A DNA stretch of 61,733 nucleotides from assembly GCA_052170175.1 (NCBI GenBank), contig JBQNBA010000001.1, positions 1 to 61,733 of the forward strand. Direction: 5' to 3'. This document shows, in pieces, positions 1 to 8,640 of the stretch. The notes under the pieces were generated by a model. It saw nothing but the letters and a program-made list of their open reading frames with translations. It was not told where the DNA came from and made no database searches. The DNA is from Sphaerochaetaceae bacterium. Its GTDB lineage: Bacteria > Spirochaetota > Spirochaetia > Sphaerochaetales > Sphaerochaetaceae. The translations under genes were made by a program, and so were the position numbers. The first letter of the stretch is position 1. The number at the start of each line of letters is the position of its first letter.

Positions 1-763
1 TTGGCAAAACGAAACCCCCTTTTGGGATTTACTCCAACGAAAGGGGGTTAGTTCAATGCAGGCGGAGAATTTCTATGACGGGCTAGTCGAGGCAGATATC
101 TCCAGGGTTGATGGAATCAAGAGGGATTCTCAGAGAGCCAGGCTTCTGCTACGTTCATTATCCAGAAGAATCTCCACAGCTTCATCATACAACGTCATAA
201 AGGAAGATATGCGGGCCAATGATTCCGACAGGCTTGATGAAGACACGATAGCCGCTTATATTTCCGCTTTGAAGAAGCTGTATGTTCAAGATGACATTCG
301 CGCATGGAATCCTAACATAAGGTCAAAGGCCAGCATAAGAACTTCCGATACACGTTATTTCTGTGACCCCTCTTTGGCTTGCGCCGCCCTGGGACTTGGG
401 CCGTCAGACCTCTTTGGCGATATCCGGACCTTTGGCTTGCTTTTTGAAGCCCTTTGCATGCGGGATTTGAAGGTCTACGCTCAGGCATTGGGCGGGGATA
501 TCTATCACTATAGAGACAGCTCTGGATTGGAGAGCGATGCTGTCATTCACCTCCGGAATGGCTCCTGGGCGGCAGTTGAAATAAAGCTGGGCAGTGCAGA
601 GGGCATTGAGGCAGGGGCAAAGAGTCTGCTTGGACTTTCGGCAATCATTGACATTGAAAAAATGAAAAAGCCTTCTTTCCTCATGGTGCTGACTGCAACG
701 AAATATGCTTTCAGGAGACAGGATGGGGTATATGTGATTCCCGTCACATGCCTTAAAGACTGA
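1..763 (+). CDS. DUF4143-domain protein, C-terminal part of an AAA-ATPase-type protein (5' partial)
   Basis: The frame is open from the window edge to the stop at 763, with an internal ATG at 56 behind AAGGGGG. The sequence (DTRYFCDPSLACAALG, then DAVIHL...AAVEIKLG) resembles the DUF4143 C-terminal domain of COG1373-type ATPases. No N-terminal AAA domain is visible, so the gene is truncated or runs off-window. Confidence 0.5.
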   Translation, partial: WQNETPFWDLLQRKGVSSMQAENFYDGLVEADISRVDGIKRDSQRARLLLRSLSRRISTASSYNVIKEDMRANDSDRLDEDTIAAYISALKKLYVQDDIRAWNPNIRSKASIRTSDTRYFCDPSLACAALGLGPSDLFGDIRTFGLLFEALCMRDLKVYAQALGGDIYHYRDSSGLESDAVIHLRNGSWAAVEIKLGSAEGIEAGAKSLLGLSAIIDIEKMKKPSFLMVLTATKYAFRRQDGVYVIPVTCLKD

Positions 764-817
764 CTGCAGGCTATCTGCAAGCCAGCTCCATGCCTGTCTG
801 CAAGAACCGGGGCTTGC

Positions 818-1498
818 CTACATCTGCAGCAGCAGGGCTCCGAACACCAGCAGAAGCTGTGAGGTGGTGTAGGAAATCAGAACCGCTTCGCCGCGCGGTA
901 TGCGCTGTCCGGTGGCTCTTATCCCTATCATTGCGTCTGATATTGAGAAGAGGATTCCTCCGGCGAATGCGATGAGCGTTCCGGCTATGCACCCTCCGGT
1001 GATTGTGCTTGCGATTGCGGTCAGCAGGAATATCAGAAAGAATGAGTAGGGAACCATCTTCCTCGCCATCGGGTCGTCTGTCTTGCTGAGCTTTCTGGCG
1101 AGCAGTATGGCGAGCTGGATGAGGATTGCCAGGCATATGATGGCCGCCAGCAGGGAGTGGCGCAGATTCAGGCGCAGAAAGAACGAGCCGTAGAATATGT
1201 GCCCTATTATGAAAGACAGGACACCTGCCCCGAATATGTAAGGCTTCTTCTTCCATATGAGGCAGAAATCCCCGATTGCATAGAATATAAAGGCCATCTT
1301 TATCGGCCATTGGGATTGGGGAGCGGGAATGTTTGACCTGAGCATGGAAAGATAGAAGAACATGAGGCTTATCAGCATTATCGGCTTGGTGAAAATCTCC
1401 GCCTTGCCGCCGGCTAGGTATTTCAGACCTGTGCAGTTGACCGCCGAGAGAAGAACGTATATGGAAAGCAATGCTATGGAGAGAGCTGAGAAAGTCAT
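818..1498 (-). CDS. YhhN-family (lysoplasmalogenase-like) integral membrane protein
   Basis: Polytopic membrane protein with YhhN-like motifs (YAIGDFCLIW, IIGHIFY, LFSISDAMIG). Start placed at ATG 1498 (MTFSALSIALL). The longer ORF to 1630 runs through a 15-bp tandem repeat. Confidence 0.6.
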   Translation of the reverse strand: MTFSALSIALLSIYVLLSAVNCTGLKYLAGGKAEIFTKPIMLISLMFFYLSMLRSNIPAPQSQWPIKMAFIFYAIGDFCLIWKKKPYIFGAGVLSFIIGHIFYGSFFLRLNLRHSLLAAIICLAILIQLAILLARKLSKTDDPMARKMVPYSFFLIFLLTAIASTITGGCIAGTLIAFAGGILFSISDAMIGIRATGQRIPRGEAVLISYTTSQLLLVFGALLLQM

Positions 1499-1570
1499 GC
1501 TCCGATTGTAAGGGCATGGGGATGTAATTTCAAGAGGTTTGGCTTGCAATGAAGATGCCTTGCGGATAGT

Positions 1571-1615
1571 ATCGGACATATGGGCATCGGACGTATGGGT
1601 ATCGGACATATGAAT
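1571..1615. repeat. 3 x 15-bp tandem repeat (atcggacatatgggc / atcggacgtatgggt / atcggacatatgaat)
   Basis: Read directly. It lies in the divergent region between the YhhN and ClC genes and creates three in-frame ATGs (MGIGRMGIGHM) at the 5' end of the ClC ORF. Confidence 0.9.
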
Positions 1616-2914
1616 ACTTTGAAAGAGCAAACGCTATGGGTCATAAGGGCCGTTGCGCTTGGGCTTTTAGTGGGGCCGGCCTGCTATGCTCTGTCGGCGG
1701 CGGTGGGGTTTGCCCAGCAAATCAGGATTCAGCATTGGTGGGGCATATTCGCCCTTCCTCCGGCTGCGGCGGCCATCGCCCTGCTATACAACAGGGTTGA
1801 CCCTGTCCTGAGGGAAAGCTCCGGGATGACAATGGATATCATCAACTGGAACATACGCAAGCGCATCAGCCCTTCGCAGAAGGATGAGCCGCAGAGAAGA
1901 ATCTCCTTCCTGCTCGCACCGGTTGTATTTGCGTCCACCTTTGTCAGTCACCTTGCGGGCGCTTCAATTGGAAAGGAGGGGGCGGGGGTTCAGATAGGGA
2001 CATCCATAGCTTCTTTCATGTGCCGGATGGAGAAGAGGCTCTTTAGAAAGAAGAGGGAAAGCGATGCGGGCATCTGGCTCTGCATCGGCTCCGGAGCGGC
2101 ATTCGGCGCCCTTTTCAAGGCTCCCATTGCAGGCACGCTGTTCGGGATTATGGTGGCATCTCCAAACATCACCCGGTTCGATGCGATGCTTCCATGCCTT
2201 GCCGGTTCATTGATGGCCTCGCTCTTGTCATCGGCCTTGGGAATCAAGACACCGTTCATCGCCGGGGTCACGGAACTGCCATGGTCTGTGAGCAACATCA
2301 TGATTGTGCTTTTGCTGGGAATCGCCGCTGGGCTTGGCGCCAGGCTTTTCATGTTCTCAATCAGGGGTGCAGGCAAGCTGGCTGTCCGATTTTTCCCGCG
2401 TCAGTACACCCGGGTGGCGGTGTGCGGAACTGTGCTGCTTTGCGGCCTTCTTGCTGTTTACCTCGTCACAGGCGAGCTTGAATACGCCGGGCTTTCCGTA
2501 TCGCTGATGAATGATTCCCGGCCCTGGTCGTTTGCCTTGAAGCTTGCCTTGACCGCCGTTGCCATCTCAGCCGGATTCACAGGCGGAGAGGTTGTGCCGG
2601 CTCTCGTGGTGGGGGCGAGCCTGTTCCGGTCGCTTTCCGTCTTTGTTCCGCTTCCTGTCGAGACCTTGGCTGTCTTTGGGGCTGTGGGGATGCTCAGCGG
2701 AACAACCAATCTGCCGCTTGTCTGCCTTGCGCTTGGCATTGAGATGTTCGGTTTCGTTAATGTGCAGTATCTGTTCATAATCTGCGTGATGGCTTTCATT
2801 GTCAGCGGCCCTGACAGCATCTACCCCAACCAGCTTGCGGCTGTTGCAGAAAAGCCTGCTTTTGAAAAACATGCTTTTGAAAAACCTGCTTTTGAAAAGC
2901 CTGCTTTATCCTGA
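1580..2914 (+). CDS. ClC-family voltage-gated chloride channel/antiporter
   Basis: Multi-TM protein with ClC signature blocks GKEGAGVQIG and GSGAAFGALFKAPIAGTLFG. The start is ambiguous (ATG at 1580, 1595 or 1610). The C-terminus carries the repeat EKPAFEKHAFEKPAFEKPALS. Confidence 0.8.
   Translation: MGIGRMGIGHMNTLKEQTLWVIRAVALGLLVGPACYALSAAVGFAQQIRIQHWWGIFALPPAAAAIALLYNRVDPVLRESSGMTMDIINWNIRKRISPSQKDEPQRRISFLLAPVVFASTFVSHLAGASIGKEGAGVQIGTSIASFMCRMEKRLFRKKRESDAGIWLCIGSGAAFGALFKAPIAGTLFGIMVASPNITRFDAMLPCLAGSLMASLLSSALGIKTPFIAGVTELPWSVSNIMIVLLLGIAAGLGARLFMFSIRGAGKLAVRFFPRQYTRVAVCGTVLLCGLLAVYLVTGELEYAGLSVSLMNDSRPWSFALKLALTAVAISAGFTGGEVVPALVVGASLFRSLSVFVPLPVETLAVFGAVGMLSGTTNLPLVCLALGIEMFGFVNVQYLFIICVMAFIVSGPDSIYPNQLAAVAEKPAFEKHAFEKPAFEKPALS
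2849..2908 (+). repeat. 4 x 15-bp in-frame tandem repeat at the 3' end of the ClC gene
   Basis: Units gaaaagcctgctttt / gaaaaacatgctttt / gaaaaacctgctttt / gaaaagcctgcttta, encoding (EKPAF)-type pentapeptides just before the stop. Confidence 0.9.
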
Positions 2915-3024
2915 GAACGTGAGGCGCGGACTGATGCTTTGCATCAGAGGCTTCCCCCGGCATCACCTTGCATCATGAGGCAGATGCGAAGCCGCCAAGG
3001 TCTCTATAAGCAAAGAAGCGGGGT

Positions 3025-3053
3025 TTCACATTGAATCCTGATTCTGTTATAAT
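3025..3053 (+). promoter_or_regulatory. sigma70-like promoter: TTCACA-N17-TATAAT, ending 6 nt before the parE ATG
   Basis: TTCACA at 3025-3030, a 17-nt spacer, TATAAT at 3048-3053, then gactgc and ATG at 3060. No Shine-Dalgarno sequence is present. Confidence 0.4.
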
Positions 3054-3059
3054 GACTGC

Positions 3060-4874
3060 ATGGCAAAGCAAAGGAACACTGTCGTTGAATATGATGAGAA
3101 TGCTATTCAGACACTTGATTCGCTGGAGCACATAAGACTGCGGCCCGGCATGTATGTCGGACGGCTTGGGGATGGCTCCCACGTTGATGATGGAATATAT
3201 ATTCTCGTCAAGGAAATAATCGATAATGGCGTGGATGAGTTCACAATGCACTGCGGCAACAGGATAAACATAACGCTGCGGGATAATTGCATAAGCGTGA
3301 GGGATTTCGGGCGCGGCATACCTTTCGGCAAGGTGGTGGACTGCGTATCCACCATGAACACCGGCGCAAAATACAACACCGATGTCTTCATGTTCTCCGT
3401 GGGGCTCAACGGGGTGGGCACAAAGGCGGTCAATGCCCTCTCTTCATTCTTCCGGGTCACATCTTACAGGGACGGGGAATTCTTTGAGGCATCATTCGAG
3501 TGCGGGAAGCAGAAGTCTCAGAACGAGGGCAAGACCTCTGAGGTCAACGGCACGATGGTCGAATTCATTCCCGACCCCCGGATGTTCGGGAATTATCATT
3601 TCAATGAGGATTTCATCAGGAAGCGCCTTGAAAGCTACGCCTTCCTCAATGTCGGTCTGACGCTGTCTTTTAATAGGCAGATATTCAAATCGGCCAACGG
3701 GCTGATGGATTTGCTGGACAGGCAGGTGGGAGACGACCAGATATACCCTATAGTTCATTACAAGGCTGATTTCCTGGAGTTCGCATTCACCCATGTCCGC
3801 AACACCTACGGCGAGAATTATTTCTCATATGTGAACGGACAGCACACCAGCGACGGAGGCACGCATCTCTCCGCCTTCAAGGAAGGGCTTCTTAAAGGCG
3901 TGAACGAGCATTTCGGCAAGAACTGGTCGCCGCTTGATGTGCGTGACGGCATAGTGGGGGCCATCTCAATCAGAATCCAGAACCCTATGTTCGAGAGCCA
4001 GACCAAGAACAAGCTTGGCAATGTCGAGATACGCGGCCCCATAATAGCCCAGGTCAAGGAGGCCATAAGCGATTATCTGTTCAAGCATCCCGAAGATGCC
4101 CAGCTCCTGAGCCAGAGAATCATAAACAACGAGAAGCTGCACAAGGAGCTGAACGAGGTGAAGAAAGGGGCTAAGGAGGCGGCCAAGAAGGTCGCCCTCA
4201 ACATACCCAAGCTTAAGGATTGCAAATATCACCTTGGACAGACGAAGGACCCCTCAAAAGGCGAGGGAAGCATGATATTCCTCACCGAGGGGGATTCGGC
4301 ATCCGGCACCATAACCAGAACCAGAGATGTTTTCACCCAGGCGGTGTTCAGCCTCCGGGGCAAGATACTCAATGTCTGCGGGAAGCAGAAAACCGAGATA
4401 TACAAGAACGAGGAGCTGTACAACATGATGGTGGCTCTGGGAATCGAGAACGGGATTGAGGGGCTTCGGTACGGCAAGGTCATAATCGCGACCGATGCCG
4501 ACAACGATGGCTTCCATATCAGGAACCTGCTGATGACTTACTTCTTCTCGTTCTTTGAGGATCTTGTTCTGTCCGGCAGGCTTTACATTCTGGAAACCCC
4601 GCTTTTCAGGGTCCGGAACAAGAGCATGACCAGATATTGCTATTCGGAGCATGAGCGCGATGCTGCCGTGCAGGCAATCAAAGGCGCAGAGATAACCAGA
4701 TTCAAAGGGCTGGGGGAGATAGACTCAAAGGAATTCGGCGCTTTCATAGGCGAGGATATCAAGCTGGTTCCGGTCACGGCGATGTCCATGACGGATATAA
4801 GGAAGAACATAACCTTCTACATGGGCGGCAACACTCCTGAAAGAAGGGCCTTCATAATGGAGAATCTTGTCTGA
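3060..4874 (+). CDS. parE: Type IIA topoisomerase ATPase subunit, topoisomerase IV ParE-like (604 aa)
   Basis: GHKL N-terminus (LEHIRLRPGMYVG, KEIIDNGVDE) and Toprim motifs LTEGDSASG, SLRGKILNV and IATDADNDGFHI. It is shorter than canonical GyrB and lies directly upstream of the A subunit. Confidence 0.8.
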   Translation: MAKQRNTVVEYDENAIQTLDSLEHIRLRPGMYVGRLGDGSHVDDGIYILVKEIIDNGVDEFTMHCGNRINITLRDNCISVRDFGRGIPFGKVVDCVSTMNTGAKYNTDVFMFSVGLNGVGTKAVNALSSFFRVTSYRDGEFFEASFECGKQKSQNEGKTSEVNGTMVEFIPDPRMFGNYHFNEDFIRKRLESYAFLNVGLTLSFNRQIFKSANGLMDLLDRQVGDDQIYPIVHYKADFLEFAFTHVRNTYGENYFSYVNGQHTSDGGTHLSAFKEGLLKGVNEHFGKNWSPLDVRDGIVGAISIRIQNPMFESQTKNKLGNVEIRGPIIAQVKEAISDYLFKHPEDAQLLSQRIINNEKLHKELNEVKKGAKEAAKKVALNIPKLKDCKYHLGQTKDPSKGEGSMIFLTEGDSASGTITRTRDVFTQAVFSLRGKILNVCGKQKTEIYKNEELYNMMVALGIENGIEGLRYGKVIIATDADNDGFHIRNLLMTYFFSFFEDLVLSGRLYILETPLFRVRNKSMTRYCYSEHERDAAVQAIKGAEITRFKGLGEIDSKEFGAFIGEDIKLVPVTAMSMTDIRKNITFYMGGNTPERRAFIMENLV

Positions 4875-4907
4875 TGGGGAATCTTATCTAATGGAGAATC
4901 TTGTCTG
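4857..4907 (+). repeat. 3 x 17-bp tandem repeat covering the parE stop and the parC start
   Basis: Units atggagaatcttgtctg (4857-4873), atggggaatcttatcta (4874-4890) and atggagaatcttgtctg (4891-4907). Each unit starts with ATG, and the stop/start pairs overlap (TGATG, TAATG, TGATG). Confidence 0.95.
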
Positions 4908-6923
4908 ATGCCATACGCTGAATCGCTTTTCAAGAAGAACTACATCGAATACGCCTCATACGTCATAAAGGACAGGGCGATTCCTGAGATAAACGACGGC
5001 TTCAAGCCTGTTCAGAGAAGGATAATCCACACGCTGCTGGAGATGGACGACGGACGCTTCCACAAAGTGGCCAACGTCGTGGGCTTCTGCATGCGGTATC
5101 ATCCCCACGGCGATGCTTCAATCTACGAGGCTCTGGTCAATCTGGCCAACTATGACCTGCTGATAGACAAGCAGGGCAACTTCGGCAACTGGATGACAGG
5201 GGACGGAGCCGCGGCATCGCGGTACATAGAGTGCCGCATAAACCCGATAGCCAAGAAGATACTTTACAATCCTGAGATAACCGAGTTCGTGGATTCTTAT
5301 GATGGAAGGAACCGGGAGCCTGTGACGTTCCCCTCCAAGCTGCCTCTTGTCCTGATGCAAGGCTCCAGCGGAATCGCTCCGGGAATGGTCACGGAAATCT
5401 TCCCGCACAACATAATAGAGGTCATCGAGGCTCAGGAATGCGCCCTCAAGGGCGAGGAGTTTGAGCTGTTCCCCGACTTCCCGAGCGGAGGGATAATTGA
5501 CGTTTCGGACTACAGGGACGGCAACGGAACGGTCGTCTGCCGTGCCAAGATAGACACTTCGGACCCTAAGAAGATTGTCATATACGAGCTTCCATACGGG
5601 CTTGACAGCGGCAAGATGATAGACTCTATCGAGGACGCTGTGAAGAAAGGCCGTCTTAAGGTCAGCGCGATAAACGATTTCACGGCGGACTCGGTGAACA
5701 TCGAGATAAGCCTTTCCAAGGGGACTTATTCAAAGGATGTGATAGACGCCCTTTACGCCTACACTAAATGCGAAATGAAGCTTCAGGCGAGCTGTCTGGT
5801 CATAAACGACCGTCTGCCGGTCGTGACCACGGTGAGCGATATAATCCGCTATCATGCCAAGCATCTGGTGGATGTCCTGACGAGAGAGCTTGAGCTTGAG
5901 ATAAGCCATCTTGAGGATCGCCTCCAGGCCAGGACATTGGAGCGGATATTCGTTGAGGAGAGAATCTACAAGCGGATAGAGCAGAAGCGCTCTCAGGAAG
6001 CGATAGTCCAGGCGGTCAGAACGGGTTTCGAGCCATTTGCCTCTGATTTGTTCCGTCCGATATCCGATGAGGACATCGACAAGCTGCTGAAACTGCCCAT
6101 ACGCAGGATAAGCTTGTTTGACATAGAAAAGAACCGGAATGAGATTGAGGAGATAAACGCCGGCATAAAGACGGCTCGCAACCATCTCGCCCATATAGTC
6201 GATTATGCGCTCTCATACCTTGAGGACATCAAGAAGAACGAGATGAAGGGCGAGCGGTTCGAGCGCAAGACAGAAGTGAAGAGCTTCGAGACAATCAGCG
6301 CAAAGGAAATCGCCCAGCGTGACCAGAACCTCCGATATGACCAGGAGAGCGGCTATATAGGGTACAACCTGAGAAACGGAACAATCATGATGCAGGTCTC
6401 CATCTATGACAAGATACTGCTTGTCCATAAAACCGGAACATACAGCTACATGAATGCGCCTGAGAAGCTTTTTGTCGGAAAGGAGCTTTGCATCTGCTCT
6501 CTGGCGGACAGAAACGATGAAACGGTGTACACCGTCATATTCCAGGGCAAGAACAGCAAGAAGACTTTCATCAACAGAATAGTCCTGGGCGGGTTCATAA
6601 TGAACAAGGCCTATTCCTTCCTGCCGCCGGACACTGATGACGAGGCTTTCATCTGCAAGAAAATCTCAACGCTCCCGAACGCCAGGATAACAATCACCTA
6701 CAAGAGCGGGCGCGGCTACAAGAAGCTGGACGACGAGTTCTACTTCTCCGATTTCGCCATCCATCGCCATGGCCTTACAGGTGTCAGGCTCACCGACAAG
6801 GAGATTTCCTCGATGAAGATAACCCCGGTCAAGGAGCTGGACAAGGAGACGGAGCCTTCGTTGTTTGATGAGGGGGCCAAGGATGACGGCAAGGCCGGGC
6901 AAGATGGCAAGGACGAGGATTAG
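4908..6923 (+). CDS. parC: Type IIA topoisomerase DNA-cleavage subunit, topoisomerase IV ParC-like (671 aa)
   Basis: N-terminal GyrA/ParC blocks: DGFKPVQRRIIH, YHPHGDASIYEALV, and AASRYIECR with the catalytic Tyr. The C-terminal domain is much shorter than in GyrA. Confidence 0.8.
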   Translation: MPYAESLFKKNYIEYASYVIKDRAIPEINDGFKPVQRRIIHTLLEMDDGRFHKVANVVGFCMRYHPHGDASIYEALVNLANYDLLIDKQGNFGNWMTGDGAAASRYIECRINPIAKKILYNPEITEFVDSYDGRNREPVTFPSKLPLVLMQGSSGIAPGMVTEIFPHNIIEVIEAQECALKGEEFELFPDFPSGGIIDVSDYRDGNGTVVCRAKIDTSDPKKIVIYELPYGLDSGKMIDSIEDAVKKGRLKVSAINDFTADSVNIEISLSKGTYSKDVIDALYAYTKCEMKLQASCLVINDRLPVVTTVSDIIRYHAKHLVDVLTRELELEISHLEDRLQARTLERIFVEERIYKRIEQKRSQEAIVQAVRTGFEPFASDLFRPISDEDIDKLLKLPIRRISLFDIEKNRNEIEEINAGIKTARNHLAHIVDYALSYLEDIKKNEMKGERFERKTEVKSFETISAKEIAQRDQNLRYDQESGYIGYNLRNGTIMMQVSIYDKILLVHKTGTYSYMNAPEKLFVGKELCICSLADRNDETVYTVIFQGKNSKKTFINRIVLGGFIMNKAYSFLPPDTDDEAFICKKISTLPNARITITYKSGRGYKKLDDEFYFSDFAIHRHGLTGVRLTDKEISSMKITPVKELDKETEPSLFDEGAKDDGKAGQDGKDED

Positions 6924-6927
6924 CGGC

Positions 6928-6972
6928 GGCCTTGGCATTGGCCTTGGCATTGGCTTGGGCTTTGCTTTGGGC
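6928..6972. repeat. About 4 x 12-bp tandem repeat (ggccttggcatt) just after the parC stop
   Basis: ggccttggcatt appears twice perfectly, followed by ggcttgggcttt and gctttgggc. Confidence 0.85.
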
Positions 6973-7044
6973 AACGGCTTCTGCGGGCGGTGCATCGAGA
7001 ACCGGCATGGCTTTATGTTGAATGATTATTGAGGCAGAGGCAGC

Positions 7045-7755
7045 ATGGACATAGAGGACAGGATTCTTTATATCGACAACCATCTCATCGCAGTCAACAA
7101 GCTTCCCGGGGAGCTGACCCAAAGGGACGATACCGGGGACAGGACGCTCGCCGATGATATAAAGGAATATCTTAAGGTCAGGTTCGGCAAGCCCGGTAAT
7201 GTGTTTCTGGGCATCATCCACCGGCTTGATCGTCCGACAAGCGGCGCTGTCGTCTATGCCCGCACCGACAAGGCGCTCTCCCGCATGGGGCGGATTTTCA
7301 AGGCCGGCGATATCCGCAAGACGTACTGGGCGGTGGTGGACAGGCTGCCGCCCCAGAGCGAAGGCCGGCTTGTGAATCAGCTTGTGCGGGATGCCAAGCG
7401 TAACAAGAGCTTCGTTGTCAGGGCGAAGACCCCCGACAGTCAGGAAGCCCGTCTGCGCTACAAGGTGCTGGGTTCTTCTGAACATTATCATCTGCTTGAA
7501 ATCGAACTGGAAACCGGCCGTCACCACCAGATACGGGCGCAGCTTGCCGCTCTTGATATCCATATAAAAGGGGATTTGAAGTACGGCGCAGCCCGCTCAG
7601 ACCCCGATGGCGGCATTCATCTCCACGCCAGAAGCATCGAGTTTGTCCATCCCGTGGCAAATGTTCCGGTCGTCATGACCGCCCCGCCTCCGCATGACCC
7701 TTTGTGGGACTTCTTCTGCGAAAGGGGGAGCGATGAGGCGGGTGACAGGCAGTGA
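7045..7755 (+). CDS. RluA-family pseudouridine synthase
   Basis: Catalytic motif GIIHRLDRPTSGAVVYART, plus the HQIR block (GRHHQIRAQLA). Confidence 0.85.
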   Translation: MDIEDRILYIDNHLIAVNKLPGELTQRDDTGDRTLADDIKEYLKVRFGKPGNVFLGIIHRLDRPTSGAVVYARTDKALSRMGRIFKAGDIRKTYWAVVDRLPPQSEGRLVNQLVRDAKRNKSFVVRAKTPDSQEARLRYKVLGSSEHYHLLEIELETGRHHQIRAQLAALDIHIKGDLKYGAARSDPDGGIHLHARSIEFVHPVANVPVVMTAPPPHDPLWDFFCERGSDEAGDRQ

Positions 7756-7925
7756 TTGATTCAGAAATGATATCATGGATATGGAAGCCTGCAGGTTTGT
7801 ATAGCGTTGCGTCAATTTGTGAATGAAATTGACATAACGCTTAGAATAATGGTAAGGTGATGCTGTGATTAGCGTGCAGTCAGTTTCGTGTAATATTTGA
7901 CATAACACTTATGGAGGGCTTGACA

Positions 7926-8639
7926 ATGTGGGCAAATCAAGCAATGTGGAAGCTTTCCAATAAAACATATAGCAGGGAAGAATTATTTAAGATTTTTCAG
8001 AATGAGAAAAAAAACCTGACAGAAAGCGCCTTTCGTTGGTTTTTGTACAATATGCAGAAAGAACGGTTGCTTTTTCGAATGGATTACAACACCTATTCAA
8101 CAGTGCAGCCTAAGAGGCTTCCTTCTTATAAGCCGATTTATTCAGAGCAAAGTTTGACTGTGATGAAACGTCTCGAAGAAAAATATCCAGCTCTGCTGTT
8201 TGTAGTATTTGAGAGTATGTTGCTCAATGAATTTCTGAACCATCAGATTGCGCAGAATACGATATATGTTCAGGTGGAAAAATCCGTCAGTTATTACATT
8301 TTCAGTATCCTTCAGCAAGAGCATGCTGGCAGAGTGCTTTATAAACCTAGCAAGAATGACTTTCAGCGATATTGGACAAAAGACTGCATTGTTGTAGTGG
8401 ATATGGTAAGCCAGTCTCCTTTGTCTTTGGAATCTCCTCACGAGATGACTGTTGAGAAAATGCTGGTGGATATTGTTGCCGAGAAAGACATAGCTGCCAC
8501 ATTCAGTCCATCGGAGCTGCCATTCATATTTGAGAATGTCACGGAAAGCTATCGGGTGGATAAGCGCAGGATGAATCGTTACGCTGGACGAAGGGGGAAA
8601 GCAGCGATGATAGGCAAATATATGGGAACTGGAGACTGA
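7926..8639 (+). CDS. AbiEi-like antitoxin / transcriptional regulator partner of AbiEii (putative)
   Basis: A roughly 238-aa protein whose stop lies 1 nt before the AbiEii start. Size and position fit AbiEi-type partners. Start chosen at ATG 7926 behind GGAGGG (7913-7918); the ORF track begins at 7911. No strong motif was recognised. Confidence 0.5.
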   Translation: MWANQAMWKLSNKTYSREELFKIFQNEKKNLTESAFRWFLYNMQKERLLFRMDYNTYSTVQPKRLPSYKPIYSEQSLTVMKRLEEKYPALLFVVFESMLLNEFLNHQIAQNTIYVQVEKSVSYYIFSILQQEHAGRVLYKPSKNDFQRYWTKDCIVVVDMVSQSPLSLESPHEMTVEKMLVDIVAEKDIAATFSPSELPFIFENVTESYRVDKRRMNRYAGRRGKAAMIGKYMGTGD

Positions 8640-8640
8640 T

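Noticed and set aside
13-49. A 10-bp inverted repeat (AACCCCCTTT...AAAGGGGGTT) at the window start that resembles a terminator or attachment-site hairpin.
   Set aside because: It lies inside a reading frame that is open to the window edge. Its right arm doubles as the SD-like AAGGGGG for the ATG at 56. Without upstream sequence its role cannot be judged.
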